Positions 28,783 through 37,507 of a DNA stretch of 64,000 nt are shown one piece after another (the first letter of the stretch is position 1; each line of letters opens with the position of its first letter). Source of the stretch: Candidatus Zhuqueibacterota bacterium (lineage in GTDB: Bacteria > Zhuqueibacterota > Zhuqueibacteria > Thermofontimicrobiales > Thermofontimicrobiaceae); assembly GCA_049322915.1 (NCBI GenBank), contig JBMOPW010000001.1, positions 1-64,000 of the forward strand, in the 5' to 3' direction. The notes beneath the pieces were generated by a model. That model had not been told where the DNA came from. It worked only from the letters and a program-made list of their open reading frames with translations, and made no database searches. Position numbers and translations under genes: made by a program.

Positions 28783-29882
28783 GAGACAATAATGCATTGC
28801 TAAAAAATATACGAATCATTGTTGCGGCCTTCATTCTGGCAGGTATCTTTTTTATAGTTCGGGGCGGAGCAGGCGACTATCCCGTCCGAATGTGGCAGAT
28901 TTATCTCGTCAATTTTCTGCTGTGGACCGGCATTGCTCAGGGAGGCGTTGTTTTCTCCGCCATTCTGGAAGTGACCAATGCCCGCTGGGGAAAGCAGATG
29001 CGCCAGGTGGCGGAATCCTTCGTGGTGTTTCTGCCGCTCTCGCTCATCCTGCTGCTGGTTATGCTCCTCGGCGCTGACCATATTTTCCCCTGGATCTCCA
29101 AAGTGCCCATCTCCGAAGAGAAGCGAATTTATCTCAATCTGCCCTTTCTGTTTGGACGCGCCTTCCTTGGCCTGGGGCTGTTGACATTGCTTAGCTTCAC
29201 GTTCATTCGGAAACGGCGCAGCGCGGACATCGGACAGGGGGAGCGCCCCCGAAAATTAGCTGTGGGCTTGCTGATTATCTACGCGATTGTCTATACATAC
29301 ATTTCCTTTGATTTTATCATGTCGTTGGCCCCGCACTGGTACAGCACCATCATGGGAATGCATTTCTTCACCGCCTGTTTTTACACCGGCCTGGCCGTGA
29401 TCACCGTGTCCGCTGTATTCGGCCGATGGTCTCTGTTCCCTAAAGACTTCATGAGCCAGAGCGATTTTCATGATCTGGGCAAATTGCTGTTCGGATTTTC
29501 CATTTTCTGGATGTCGCTGCTGTGGTCGCAATTTCTGGTTATCTGGTACGGCAATATCCCTGAGGAGACAGAATTCCTGCATCTCCGCTTGTACGAGCTC
29601 CCCTGGAAATCATTCACCTGGGCGGTCATTGTGCTTGGATTCATCGTGCCGCTGGTGATTCTGCTCAACAAAAAAGGGAAGACCACACAGTTTGTCATTG
29701 GCGCAGTGGGGCTGCTCATTTTGATCGGCTCCTTTTTTCATGTCTACATACTCATCGTTCCATCATTGAATCCGCACCATCTATATTTTGGGCTGAGCGA
29801 AATATTGATCTCATCAGGCTTTCTTGGATTGTTCATCATCAGCCAGGATATCGGGCTGAAGCGTCTGCCAATTGCCGAGTGA
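28779..29882 (+). CDS. actF: Alternative complex III ActF (ActC paralogue)
   Basis: DFIMSLAPHWYST, FHDLGKLLFGFSIFW..SQFLVIWYGNIPEET; gaggt RBS before ATG 28779. Confidence 0.88.
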   Translation: MRDNNALLKNIRIIVAAFILAGIFFIVRGGAGDYPVRMWQIYLVNFLLWTGIAQGGVVFSAILEVTNARWGKQMRQVAESFVVFLPLSLILLLVMLLGADHIFPWISKVPISEEKRIYLNLPFLFGRAFLGLGLLTLLSFTFIRKRRSADIGQGERPRKLAVGLLIIYAIVYTYISFDFIMSLAPHWYSTIMGMHFFTACFYTGLAVITVSAVFGRWSLFPKDFMSQSDFHDLGKLLFGFSIFWMSLLWSQFLVIWYGNIPEETEFLHLRLYELPWKSFTWAVIVLGFIVPLVILLNKKGKTTQFVIGAVGLLILIGSFFHVYILIVPSLNPHHLYFGLSEILISSGFLGLFIISQDIGLKRLPIAE

Positions 29883-29965
29883 TGCGCCCACCCATTTGGC
29901 TGAAATGAGCCAGGCCGATACATCGATCCGCTACCCACCGAAATGGGCGGCATTCTCAGCGTTAC

Positions 29966-29992
29966 AAAAAGCCCAATCCGGGCTTTTTTTTT
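29966..29992 (+). terminator. Intrinsic terminator after the ACIII operon
   Basis: aaaaagccc-aatcc-gggc followed by a T9 run. Confidence 0.7.
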
Positions 29993-30083
29993 GGCCATAC
30001 GTTTCGTGGTATGTTACCTGGATTCCGGTCGATTGGATCGGGAAAATTCATGGAGCTAAAATGACAACGGTTTAATTTTTCTC

Positions 30084-30138
30084 TTGACAAAGAAGAAAAT
30101 AATTTTATATTTAAAGGGGACAAAAAAGGTCATGTTTA
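30084..30138 (+). promoter_or_regulatory. Sigma-70 promoter with candidate Rrf2 operator
   Basis: TTGACA-N16-TATATT, then imperfect palindrome TAAAggGGAC-N7-GTCatgTTTA. Confidence 0.55.
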
Positions 30139-30174
30139 TCTTTTACTGAGATAGTCCAAATTTAAAGGTACTCC

Positions 30175-30612
30175 ATGCAATTATCCCGGGCAGGGGAATA
30201 TGCGGTGCGTGCGATGCTTCATCTGGCCGCCATGGAAAATAAAGGCGTCAGCCAGATTCCAGCGATTTCCAAAATTTGGGATGTGCCGGAAAGTTTCCTG
30301 CGCAAAATTTTGAATTCCCTGGTTAAAGCGCAACTGGTGATTTCCATGCGGGGGACAGGCGGTGGATTTCTGTTGGCCCGTGCGGCGAGCGATATTACGC
30401 TCCTGGATATTTTTGAAGCCATCGAGGGGAAGGTGTATCTGAACCAGTGCCTCGTCGGGCCGGGGTCATGCAAGAACAGAACCTGGTGCCCGGTTCACGA
30501 CGTCTGGCGCGAGGCGCAAAAATCGTTCACCGATGTGCTGAGCCGGAAGAGCCTGGCGGATATGGTGTCCAATCCTGAATTTAAAAGCCGTTTCGAAAAA
30601 ATGTTGGAATGA
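30175..30612 (+). CDS. Rrf2-family transcriptional regulator with three Cys (probable Fe-S ligands)
   Basis: EYAVRAMLHLA, FLRKILNSL, RGTGGGFLLA, C-x6-C-x5-C. Confidence 0.9.
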   Translation: MQLSRAGEYAVRAMLHLAAMENKGVSQIPAISKIWDVPESFLRKILNSLVKAQLVISMRGTGGGFLLARAASDITLLDIFEAIEGKVYLNQCLVGPGSCKNRTWCPVHDVWREAQKSFTDVLSRKSLADMVSNPEFKSRFEKMLE

Positions 30613-30781
30613 CGACGTGTATCCAATCCTGAATACAATGCGCGAATGAAAGATTCACAAAAAGCAAAGGAGAATTCTTTATGACCTGAGGGAGAGCGAT
30701 TTTTTTCTCTGCTGTTTCACAAACTGTATCAAAACATAGCTACTGAGCTGCACAAACACGGATTACTTTAGGGAGGTAAAA

Positions 30782-32107
30782 ATGGATCCAGTATTTTTGT
30801 CGCGTTTGCAATTTGCTTTTGCCGCTGGCTTTCATTTTCTGTTTCCCCCATTGACAATGGGATTGACATTAATCATATTTATTCTTGAAAGCCTCTATCT
30901 GAAAAAGGGCGAGGAAGTCTATAAAAATGTATCCGATTTTCTCATCAAAATTTTCGCCCTGGTTTTTGTGTTGGGAACCGCCACCGGAATTACGCTTGAA
31001 TTCGCGTTCGGTACCAACTGGTCCAATTATTCGAGAATGGTGGGCGATATCTTTGGCGCGCCTCTGGCTGCTGAAGGTGTGTTCGCCTTTTTCATGGAAT
31101 CTATCTTTTTAGGCATTCTGATTTTCGGTCGCAACAAAGTCTCCAAAAAGATGTACCGTCTGTCGGCCTTTTTAGTGTTCTTCGGCGCGCATCTTTCCGG
31201 GCTGTGGATTATCATCGCCAATTCGTTCATGCAGACGCCGGCCGGGTATGCCATCGAAGGCGGCCGGGCGGTGCTGACTGACTTTTTTGAAGCGGCCATC
31301 AACCATTCGACAATTCAACGCTATACGCACACCATCGTCGGCGGCTGGATTACCGGCTCGCTGCTGGCAGCCGGCATTGGCGCCTGGTATGTACTCAAAA
31401 ATAAACATCTGGATTTAGCAAAAAAATTAGTGCAGGTGTCTCTGGTTGTCTTTATTGTCGCCGGAGTATTGCAATTACTCACCGGCCACCAGCATGGCAT
31501 TCAGGTCGGGAAAACGCAACCGGCGAAATTGGCCGCGTACGAAGGACTCTGGGAAACACAGCAAGGAGCCAGTCTGAGTCTGTTCGGCATCCCGGATGAA
31601 ACAAAGGAGACGACCCATCTCAGCATCGGCATTCCCAAACTGCTGAGCATTTTTGTCTATCTGGACCCCAACGCTGAAATCAAAGGGCTGAAAGATTTTC
31701 CGAAAGATGAACGTCCGCCGGTTCTCATTTCCTTCACGACGTACCATATCATGATAATCCTGGGGACGTTATTCGTGCTCATTGCTGTCATCGCGGCGTT
31801 TCTGCTGTGGAAGGACAAATTATGGGAGACGAAGTGGTTCCTGTATGCGCTGCTGTTCTCCATTCCGCTGCCGCACATTGCCAATCAAACCGGGTGGATG
31901 GCCGCAGAAATTGGTCGCCAGCCCTGGGCAGTTTATGGCGTGCTGAAGACCGCGGACGCGGCGTCCGTCGTTGTTCCGGCCGGACAAATTCTGTTCACGC
32001 TCATCATGTTCATTCTCATCTATGCATTTCTTTTCTGGATCTTCATCAAACTATTGTTGAAAATGGTACGCAAAGGCCCTTCGGAATTAACCGGTTACAG
32101 CTATTAA
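30782..32107 (+). CDS. cydA: Cytochrome bd quinol oxidase subunit I
   Basis: LSRLQFA..FHFLF, EFAFGTNW, Q-loop QPAKLAAYEG, GWMAAEIGRQPW. Confidence 0.95.
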   Translation: MDPVFLSRLQFAFAAGFHFLFPPLTMGLTLIIFILESLYLKKGEEVYKNVSDFLIKIFALVFVLGTATGITLEFAFGTNWSNYSRMVGDIFGAPLAAEGVFAFFMESIFLGILIFGRNKVSKKMYRLSAFLVFFGAHLSGLWIIIANSFMQTPAGYAIEGGRAVLTDFFEAAINHSTIQRYTHTIVGGWITGSLLAAGIGAWYVLKNKHLDLAKKLVQVSLVVFIVAGVLQLLTGHQHGIQVGKTQPAKLAAYEGLWETQQGASLSLFGIPDETKETTHLSIGIPKLLSIFVYLDPNAEIKGLKDFPKDERPPVLISFTTYHIMIILGTLFVLIAVIAAFLLWKDKLWETKWFLYALLFSIPLPHIANQTGWMAAEIGRQPWAVYGVLKTADAASVVVPAGQILFTLIMFILIYAFLFWIFIKLLLKMVRKGPSELTGYSY

Positions 32108-32122
32108 ACAAGGAGGATGAAA

Positions 32123-33121
32123 ATGGATTTATATCTTTTACAGAATATCTGGTATATCCTGGTCGGCGTGTTGCTGATGGGATATGCAATTCTTGACGGA
32201 TTTGACCTGGGGGTTGGTTCGCTGCTGCCGTTCTTGGGCAAGAATGAAAAAGAAAAACGCGCGTTGTTAAATACAGTCGGGCCTTTCTGGGATGGCAATG
32301 AAGTCTGGCTGCTGACCGGCGGTGGCGCACTCTTCGCCTCGTTCCCCCATGCATACGCGACGGTCTTCAGCGGCTTTTACCTGGCCCTGATGCTGGTGCT
32401 GTTCGCATTGATTTTCCGGGCAGTTTCCATGGAGTTTTACGCCCACGATGACGAGCGACGAACATTCTGGCAATGGGCTTTCGTCGTCGGCAGCTTGCTG
32501 CCGTCGCTGCTGTACGGCGTGGCGCTGGGCAATGTCATTCTCGGCGTTCCACTGGATGTGAACAAGGAATTCACCGGGAATTTCTTCACGCTGCTGCGAC
32601 CATTCCCATTGGCCATTGGTCTCCTCGGATTGAACGCGATTCTGTTGCAGGGCAGCACCTACGCCGCATTGAAAACCTCCGGCGATATTCAGGCCAGAGC
32701 GAAAAAACTGGCCAACTCTCTCTGGCTGTCGTTCATCGTGCTGTTCATCCTCGCGTCGGTTCTCGCATTTCTCATGGTGCCTGGCTCAGCCACCCGGATT
32801 TTGGCCTGGCTGGCTACGATCGTCGTTCTTGCTGCATGGGTCATGATTAAATCATCGCTGAGCAAAGGCAAAGAAGTGATGGCGTTTTTGATGTCGTCTC
32901 TCGTGTTTGTCGGACTGTGGGGAATTGTCGGCGCCATTCATTTCCCCAACCTGGTGAAAGCAAGCAACGATGCAGCGCTCAGTCTGACCATTGTCAATGC
33001 TTCATCCACCCAGCTCACGCTGACAGTCATGCTGATCATCGCCTTGCTGGGGATGCCGCTGGTTTTACTGTATACCTATTACATTTTCAAAGTGTTTAAA
33101 GGCAAAGTGGAAGCTGCATAA
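32123..33121 (+). CDS. cydB: Cytochrome bd quinol oxidase subunit II
   Basis: LDGFDLGVG, PFWDGNEVWL..GGALFASFP; aggagg RBS. Confidence 0.95.
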   Translation: MDLYLLQNIWYILVGVLLMGYAILDGFDLGVGSLLPFLGKNEKEKRALLNTVGPFWDGNEVWLLTGGGALFASFPHAYATVFSGFYLALMLVLFALIFRAVSMEFYAHDDERRTFWQWAFVVGSLLPSLLYGVALGNVILGVPLDVNKEFTGNFFTLLRPFPLAIGLLGLNAILLQGSTYAALKTSGDIQARAKKLANSLWLSFIVLFILASVLAFLMVPGSATRILAWLATIVVLAAWVMIKSSLSKGKEVMAFLMSSLVFVGLWGIVGAIHFPNLVKASNDAALSLTIVNASSTQLTLTVMLIIALLGMPLVLLYTYYIFKVFKGKVEAA

Positions 33122-33142
33122 TTCATTCATTCAGAATTTTTC

Positions 33143-33178
33143 AAAGGCTGGAACAACTGCTGTACGTTCCAGCCTTTT
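33143..33178 (+). terminator. Intrinsic terminator after cydB
   Basis: aaaggctggaac..gttccagcctttt. Confidence 0.7.
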
Positions 33179-33282
33179 CTATTTGATTCCCGTTTAAAAT
33201 TAAATCGCGGTCTGGATGAGCCGATTGCACGCGCTCAAGCTAATAAACCGGATTCCTTTGAGAAATGAAAAATAAATTTAAC

Positions 33283-33311
33283 TTGATTTTGTAATTATTT
33301 TAAATTATATT
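33283..33311 (+). promoter_or_regulatory. Sigma-70 promoter with candidate Fur/PerR-family operator in the spacer
   Basis: TTGATT-N17-TATATT; 33288-33306 TTTGTAATTATTTTAAATT is the exact reverse complement of 60803-60821. Confidence 0.7.
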
Positions 33312-33353
33312 TGGTTTAAATTGAATTTGTTATCATATCGTGTGGTGAACAGA

Positions 33354-33773
33354 ATGGAATACTACAAAAATATCCTGATTGAAAAAGGAATCAAACCGAC
33401 ATTCCAGAGAATGAAGATTTTAGAGTTCCTTGATAAAACAGATATCCACGCCACCGTCGATATGATTTATGCCTCGTTGTTCAGAAAAGTGCCGACGCTC
33501 TCCAAAACGACCGTTTACAACACGCTGGATGTTCTCAGAAAACACGGACTGGTCAACGTTTTGACGATCACTGAATCGGAGCTACGGTACGAGTACTTTC
33601 ATGAAATCCACCATCATTTCCTTTGTAGAAATTGCAGGCAGATTATTGATTTGCATGTGAAATGTACCTACGAAGAAATGATGCAGATTGAAGGACATAA
33701 AATAGAAGAGATCCATGGATATTTTAAAGGAGTCTGCAGAGACTGTCTCGGCAAAATGAATAACAGTGAATGA
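33354..33773 (+). CDS. Second Fur/PerR-family regulator
   Basis: GIKPTFQR, PTLSKTTVYNTL, HHHFLCRNC, GVCRDC; clear paralogue of the 19952 gene. Confidence 0.9.
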   Translation: MEYYKNILIEKGIKPTFQRMKILEFLDKTDIHATVDMIYASLFRKVPTLSKTTVYNTLDVLRKHGLVNVLTITESELRYEYFHEIHHHFLCRNCRQIIDLHVKCTYEEMMQIEGHKIEEIHGYFKGVCRDCLGKMNNSE

Positions 33774-33794
33774 TTTATTTTCGAGGAGGTTTGT

Positions 33795-34295
33795 ATGGCT
33801 GAAGCGAAGGTTCTGGATATTTTGAAAGGCGCGATATTGCTGGAGAAAAAGGGGAAGGTGTTCTATGAAAAGACGGCTGCTCAAACAGAAAGCGCCGCTG
33901 TTCGGGAAGTGTTTGAAACGATGGCAAAGGAGGAAGACCATCACGTGGAAATTCTCACCAACCAGTTTGAATCCTACAGGAAGAACGGTCGCCTGGCAGC
34001 GCTGAAATATAATGCCAGTCCCGAACCGGTGAGTAATGCCGTCCTGACGCGACAGATTCGCGACGAGATCCATGCTTCAAGCTACGAAGCTGCGGCGATT
34101 TCAGCGGCGATGGCCATGGAGGATAAAGCGGTCGCCTATTATTCGGGAAGAGCCCATGCGACGGACGATGCCGAAGAAAAGAGGCTATACGAGTGGTTGG
34201 CAATCTGGGAAAAAACACACCTGCAATTCTTGAGTGATATCGATAAAGAACTTCAGCAAAATGTATGGTACGATAATCAATTCTGGCCCATGTAA
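33795..34295 (+). CDS. Ferritin-like di-iron (rubrerythrin-domain) protein
   Basis: Two E..FY/YY..ExxH repeats (EEDH, EKTH); no rubredoxin domain. Confidence 0.85.
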   Translation: MAEAKVLDILKGAILLEKKGKVFYEKTAAQTESAAVREVFETMAKEEDHHVEILTNQFESYRKNGRLAALKYNASPEPVSNAVLTRQIRDEIHASSYEAAAISAAMAMEDKAVAYYSGRAHATDDAEEKRLYEWLAIWEKTHLQFLSDIDKELQQNVWYDNQFWPM

Positions 34296-34470
34296 AATTG
34301 CCCCGAATTTTTGAATCACCGGGAGCATCGCAGCAGCTCGTTGGATTATTGCGGACAGCACAGCGCGATGAAGTGAATGGAGCATGATCCGAAAATTGTA
34401 ACTGCTGAAAGATGATAACTGAATTGTCAAAATAACACCCGTAACTATTTTATCGACAGGAGGAGTAGTA

Positions 34471-34977
34471 ATGAAAAAGATGACAGAGAAATCCCTGCAG
34501 GAAGCGTTTGCTGGCGAATCCATGGCTCACATGAAATATCTCATTTTCAGCGATGTGGCTGAGAAAGAAGGATTCCCCAAGATTGCCAAATTGTTCAAAG
34601 CGATCGCCTATGCGGAACAGGTTCATGCGACAAACCATGCGCGTAACCTGGGATATATCAAATCAACGTCGGAAAATCTGATGACCGGAATTGAAGGTGA
34701 GTCATTCGAAGTGGATGAAATGTACCCGGCCTACGACGCCATTGCAAAATTGCAGGGCGAAAAAGCCGCCGAGAAATCTATTTTCTATGCTGTAGAAGCT
34801 GAGAAAATTCATGCGGAATTCTATAAACAAGCCAGGAAAAAAGTCGAGAGCAAAAAGGACTTTGTCCTGGAATCGGTGTATATTTGCCCGGTCTGCGGCT
34901 TTACCCACATTGACGATGATTTGCCGGAATTCTGCCCGGTCTGCGGCGTGTCCAGTGAAAAATTCAAAAAGTTCTAG
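34471..34977 (+). CDS. rbr: Rubrerythrin
   Basis: AFAGES, EQVHA, EMYP, EKIH, C-terminal CPVCG..CPVCG. Confidence 0.92.
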   Translation: MKKMTEKSLQEAFAGESMAHMKYLIFSDVAEKEGFPKIAKLFKAIAYAEQVHATNHARNLGYIKSTSENLMTGIEGESFEVDEMYPAYDAIAKLQGEKAAEKSIFYAVEAEKIHAEFYKQARKKVESKKDFVLESVYICPVCGFTHIDDDLPEFCPVCGVSSEKFKKF

Positions 34978-34999
34978 GACCGAATAGAATGGAGTCGAC

Positions 35000-35043
35000 A
35001 AAAGGCTGTTTACCGGAATGATTTCCTGAATGGCCTTTTTTTT
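35000..35043 (+). terminator. Probable intrinsic terminator
   Basis: aaaaggctgtt..aatggcc followed by a T8 run. Confidence 0.5.
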
Positions 35044-35468
35044 CATACAGCAGTGTTCTCAGAAATCAATGGCCTCGTTGGAAATTACCGGGGTTGAATC
35101 ATTTTTCATTGGAAATCATCTAAGAATTACATCTAAAAAATGTAGTTACTCAGGCATGTTTTCTTGCCGCAAAGACTCCAAGTCACGAAGTTACACGAAG
35201 ATGTCAATTTCTTAGTCAATTGTTTTAAAACCAAATTTAACTTTTAAGAATTCATTCTTTTAGTTGTTTCTTTTTCTTTGTGCCTTTGAAGCTTCGTGGC
35301 TGAAGAGTTTCAAAATGAATTATGTAACCTGAAAAGAATGGCCATTTCAATTGCGGAGCGGAGTTAGCAAATCGACTGGTGAAAAAAAGCCGGCGGACAG
35401 TATATTTGGCCGGCAGCGCTTCAACCCCGCGCTGGAATGTCTTGATGAAAAGGAAAGGAAAATTGACC

Positions 35469-36077
35469 ATGATTAAAATGTACATAGGTATCGCGATGCT
35501 CATGATGGGCGTTGTATTCACAATGGACGGAATGGCCGGTGAGAAGAGCCAGCCGGAGGAGAACACGAGCATGCATTCAATTTACGATTTTACAGTGAAG
35601 GACATTGATGGCAATGAAGTGAAACTGGATCGCTACAAAGGCAATGTCGTCCTCATTGTCAATGTGGCCAGCAAATGCGGTTTCACATCGCAGTACGAAG
35701 GGCTGCAAGAGATTTACGCGAAGTACAAAGAACTGGGATTTGTGGTGTTGGGCTTTCCGGCCAATAACTTTTTAGGTCAGGAGCCGGGGACCAATGAGGA
35801 GATCAAACAGTTCTGTTCTGCAAAATACAATGTCACGTTTCCCATGTTCTCCAAGATTTCTGTGAAAGGGAAAGATATAGCCCCGTTGTATAAATTTCTG
35901 ACCGAGAAGGAGTCGAACAAGGAATTTGCCGGCGACATCGGTTGGAATTTCAACAAGTTCCTGGTGAACAGGGAGGGCAGAGTTGTCGGGCGTTTCGATT
36001 CCCGCACCCGTCCTGACAGCGAGAAGATGATTCGCGCCATTGAGCAGCATTTGAATGCCGCGTCGGATGCGAAATGA
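35469..36077 (+). CDS. Glutathione peroxidase-family protein with N-terminal signal peptide
   Basis: NVASKCG, LGFPANNFLGQEPG, WNFNKFLV; hydrophobic leader MIKMYIGIAMLMMGVVF. Confidence 0.9.
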   Translation: MIKMYIGIAMLMMGVVFTMDGMAGEKSQPEENTSMHSIYDFTVKDIDGNEVKLDRYKGNVVLIVNVASKCGFTSQYEGLQEIYAKYKELGFVVLGFPANNFLGQEPGTNEEIKQFCSAKYNVTFPMFSKISVKGKDIAPLYKFLTEKESNKEFAGDIGWNFNKFLVNREGRVVGRFDSRTRPDSEKMIRAIEQHLNAASDAK

Positions 36078-36464
36078 TAGCGCCGGGCGGAGTGCGATTT
36101 TTAATGTTTCATGCCGGTCTGATCGGCGTGAATGAAGCCGGTCTGTACCGCCCTTCGTGAGCGTGCCGCGCTGTTCAGCGGCTATTTCAATGATCGTTCA
36201 GGATATTTATCCCGAACGGTGCGACTATCCGGGGACATACGTTCCAAAATATTTACCACGCTGGATACATATCCAGCGCGATCAGGTTCCCGCTAAAAAC
36301 ATGTGACCGAAGGGAATGCCTGTGGTACGGGAATGACAGCATTCTATGAATGCGTTTTTAAAATCTTCAAACCTTATATAAATTTCTGAAATGGTGTACT
36401 TAGCGCTTTTGTGGCTATTGCATCAGCCTGGTGAAAATGAATCCATATTGTCTGGAGGTGTTAC

Positions 36465-36656
36465 GTGATTAAAATGATAGAAGTTGTCGGTATGTCGAAA
36501 CAGAGTTTTTCAGATGCGGCCGGAACGGTGGTCCGAAAACTGGCGGACGATGGCCATAAAATTTACTGGTTCGAGGTCATGGAACAACGCGGCGCCATGC
36601 GCGGCAATGACATCGAATTTCAGGTGAAAGTGAATGTGGCTGTCGAAGATAAATAA
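36465..36656 (+). CDS. Dodecin-family flavin-binding protein
   Basis: IEVVGMS.QSF, WFEV.EQRG, EFQV; ggaggt RBS with GTG start. Confidence 0.8.
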   Translation: MIKMIEVVGMSKQSFSDAAGTVVRKLADDGHKIYWFEVMEQRGAMRGNDIEFQVKVNVAVEDK

Positions 36657-36778
36657 AGTGGCGCAGGGACGAAAGTCACTACACAAATAGCGGAGAGTAT
36701 GGGTGAAGATTCACACCTTCGTTCGCTGATCGTCCCAAACAATCATCAACAATGAATCAAACCAATTCGGAGGAAAAA

Positions 36779-36979
36779 ATGAAAACCAATGTCGGTCAAA
36801 TAGATAGAATCATTCGCATTGTCGTCGGTCTGACAATCATCGCCCTGGGAGTTATCAACCATTCGTGGTGGGGCGCCGTTGGCCTGATTCCCATGATGAC
36901 AGCGGTGACGCGTCGTTGCCCGGCCTATACGCCGCTTGGCATTTCAACGTGTAAAATTGACGAATCAAAAAAGTCGTGA
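36779..36979 (+). CDS. DUF2892 (YgaP-like) membrane protein
   Basis: NVGQIDRIIRIVVG..CPAYTPLGISTC. Confidence 0.85.
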   Translation: MKTNVGQIDRIIRIVVGLTIIALGVINHSWWGAVGLIPMMTAVTRRCPAYTPLGISTCKIDESKKS

Positions 36980-37507
36980 TTTCTCTTTGCCAATAATGAT
37001 GAACCTTCACGAGACCCCGACGGGACAGCAATGGAACGTCGGGGTATTTTTTTTCCTGAGACGGCGGCTCCGATGAGCAGGGAATCGTAGTTCCAGGCGA
37101 AATGGGAAGACAGCCGCAATGCCTTCACTGCCCGGACCACTCATTGAAAAGAAAGCCCTTTTTCACTGGATTTAAAAGCTCTTGCTGCTCATGTCTGAAC
37201 CGAATTGCCTGATGCGTCATTCCGGGATGGCGGTGGAAATCGGACGGCGATCATCAGGATGGCCTGGCTTCTCTTGCCACTGCGACGCAGTTTGGATGCA
37301 ACATCGCTGCACCAAAAAATGAAAAAATGCCTTGACTTTATATCTGCTTTAATTTATATTCATTTCAATTTCGAATGTCTTGCAATTGCAGTCGCACAGC
37401 GATTGGCCTGTTCCGATGCTGTTCCCGGTTACATCAGGAGTTCATTTGAGTAGCGAGTGTTGGATAAAGTTGTTGACAGAGAAACATGCAAAGCGGAGGA
37501 TTTGTTC

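Noticed and set aside
33795..34295. Encapsulin cargo ferritin-like protein
   Set aside because: No recognisable targeting peptide and no encapsulin gene in the window
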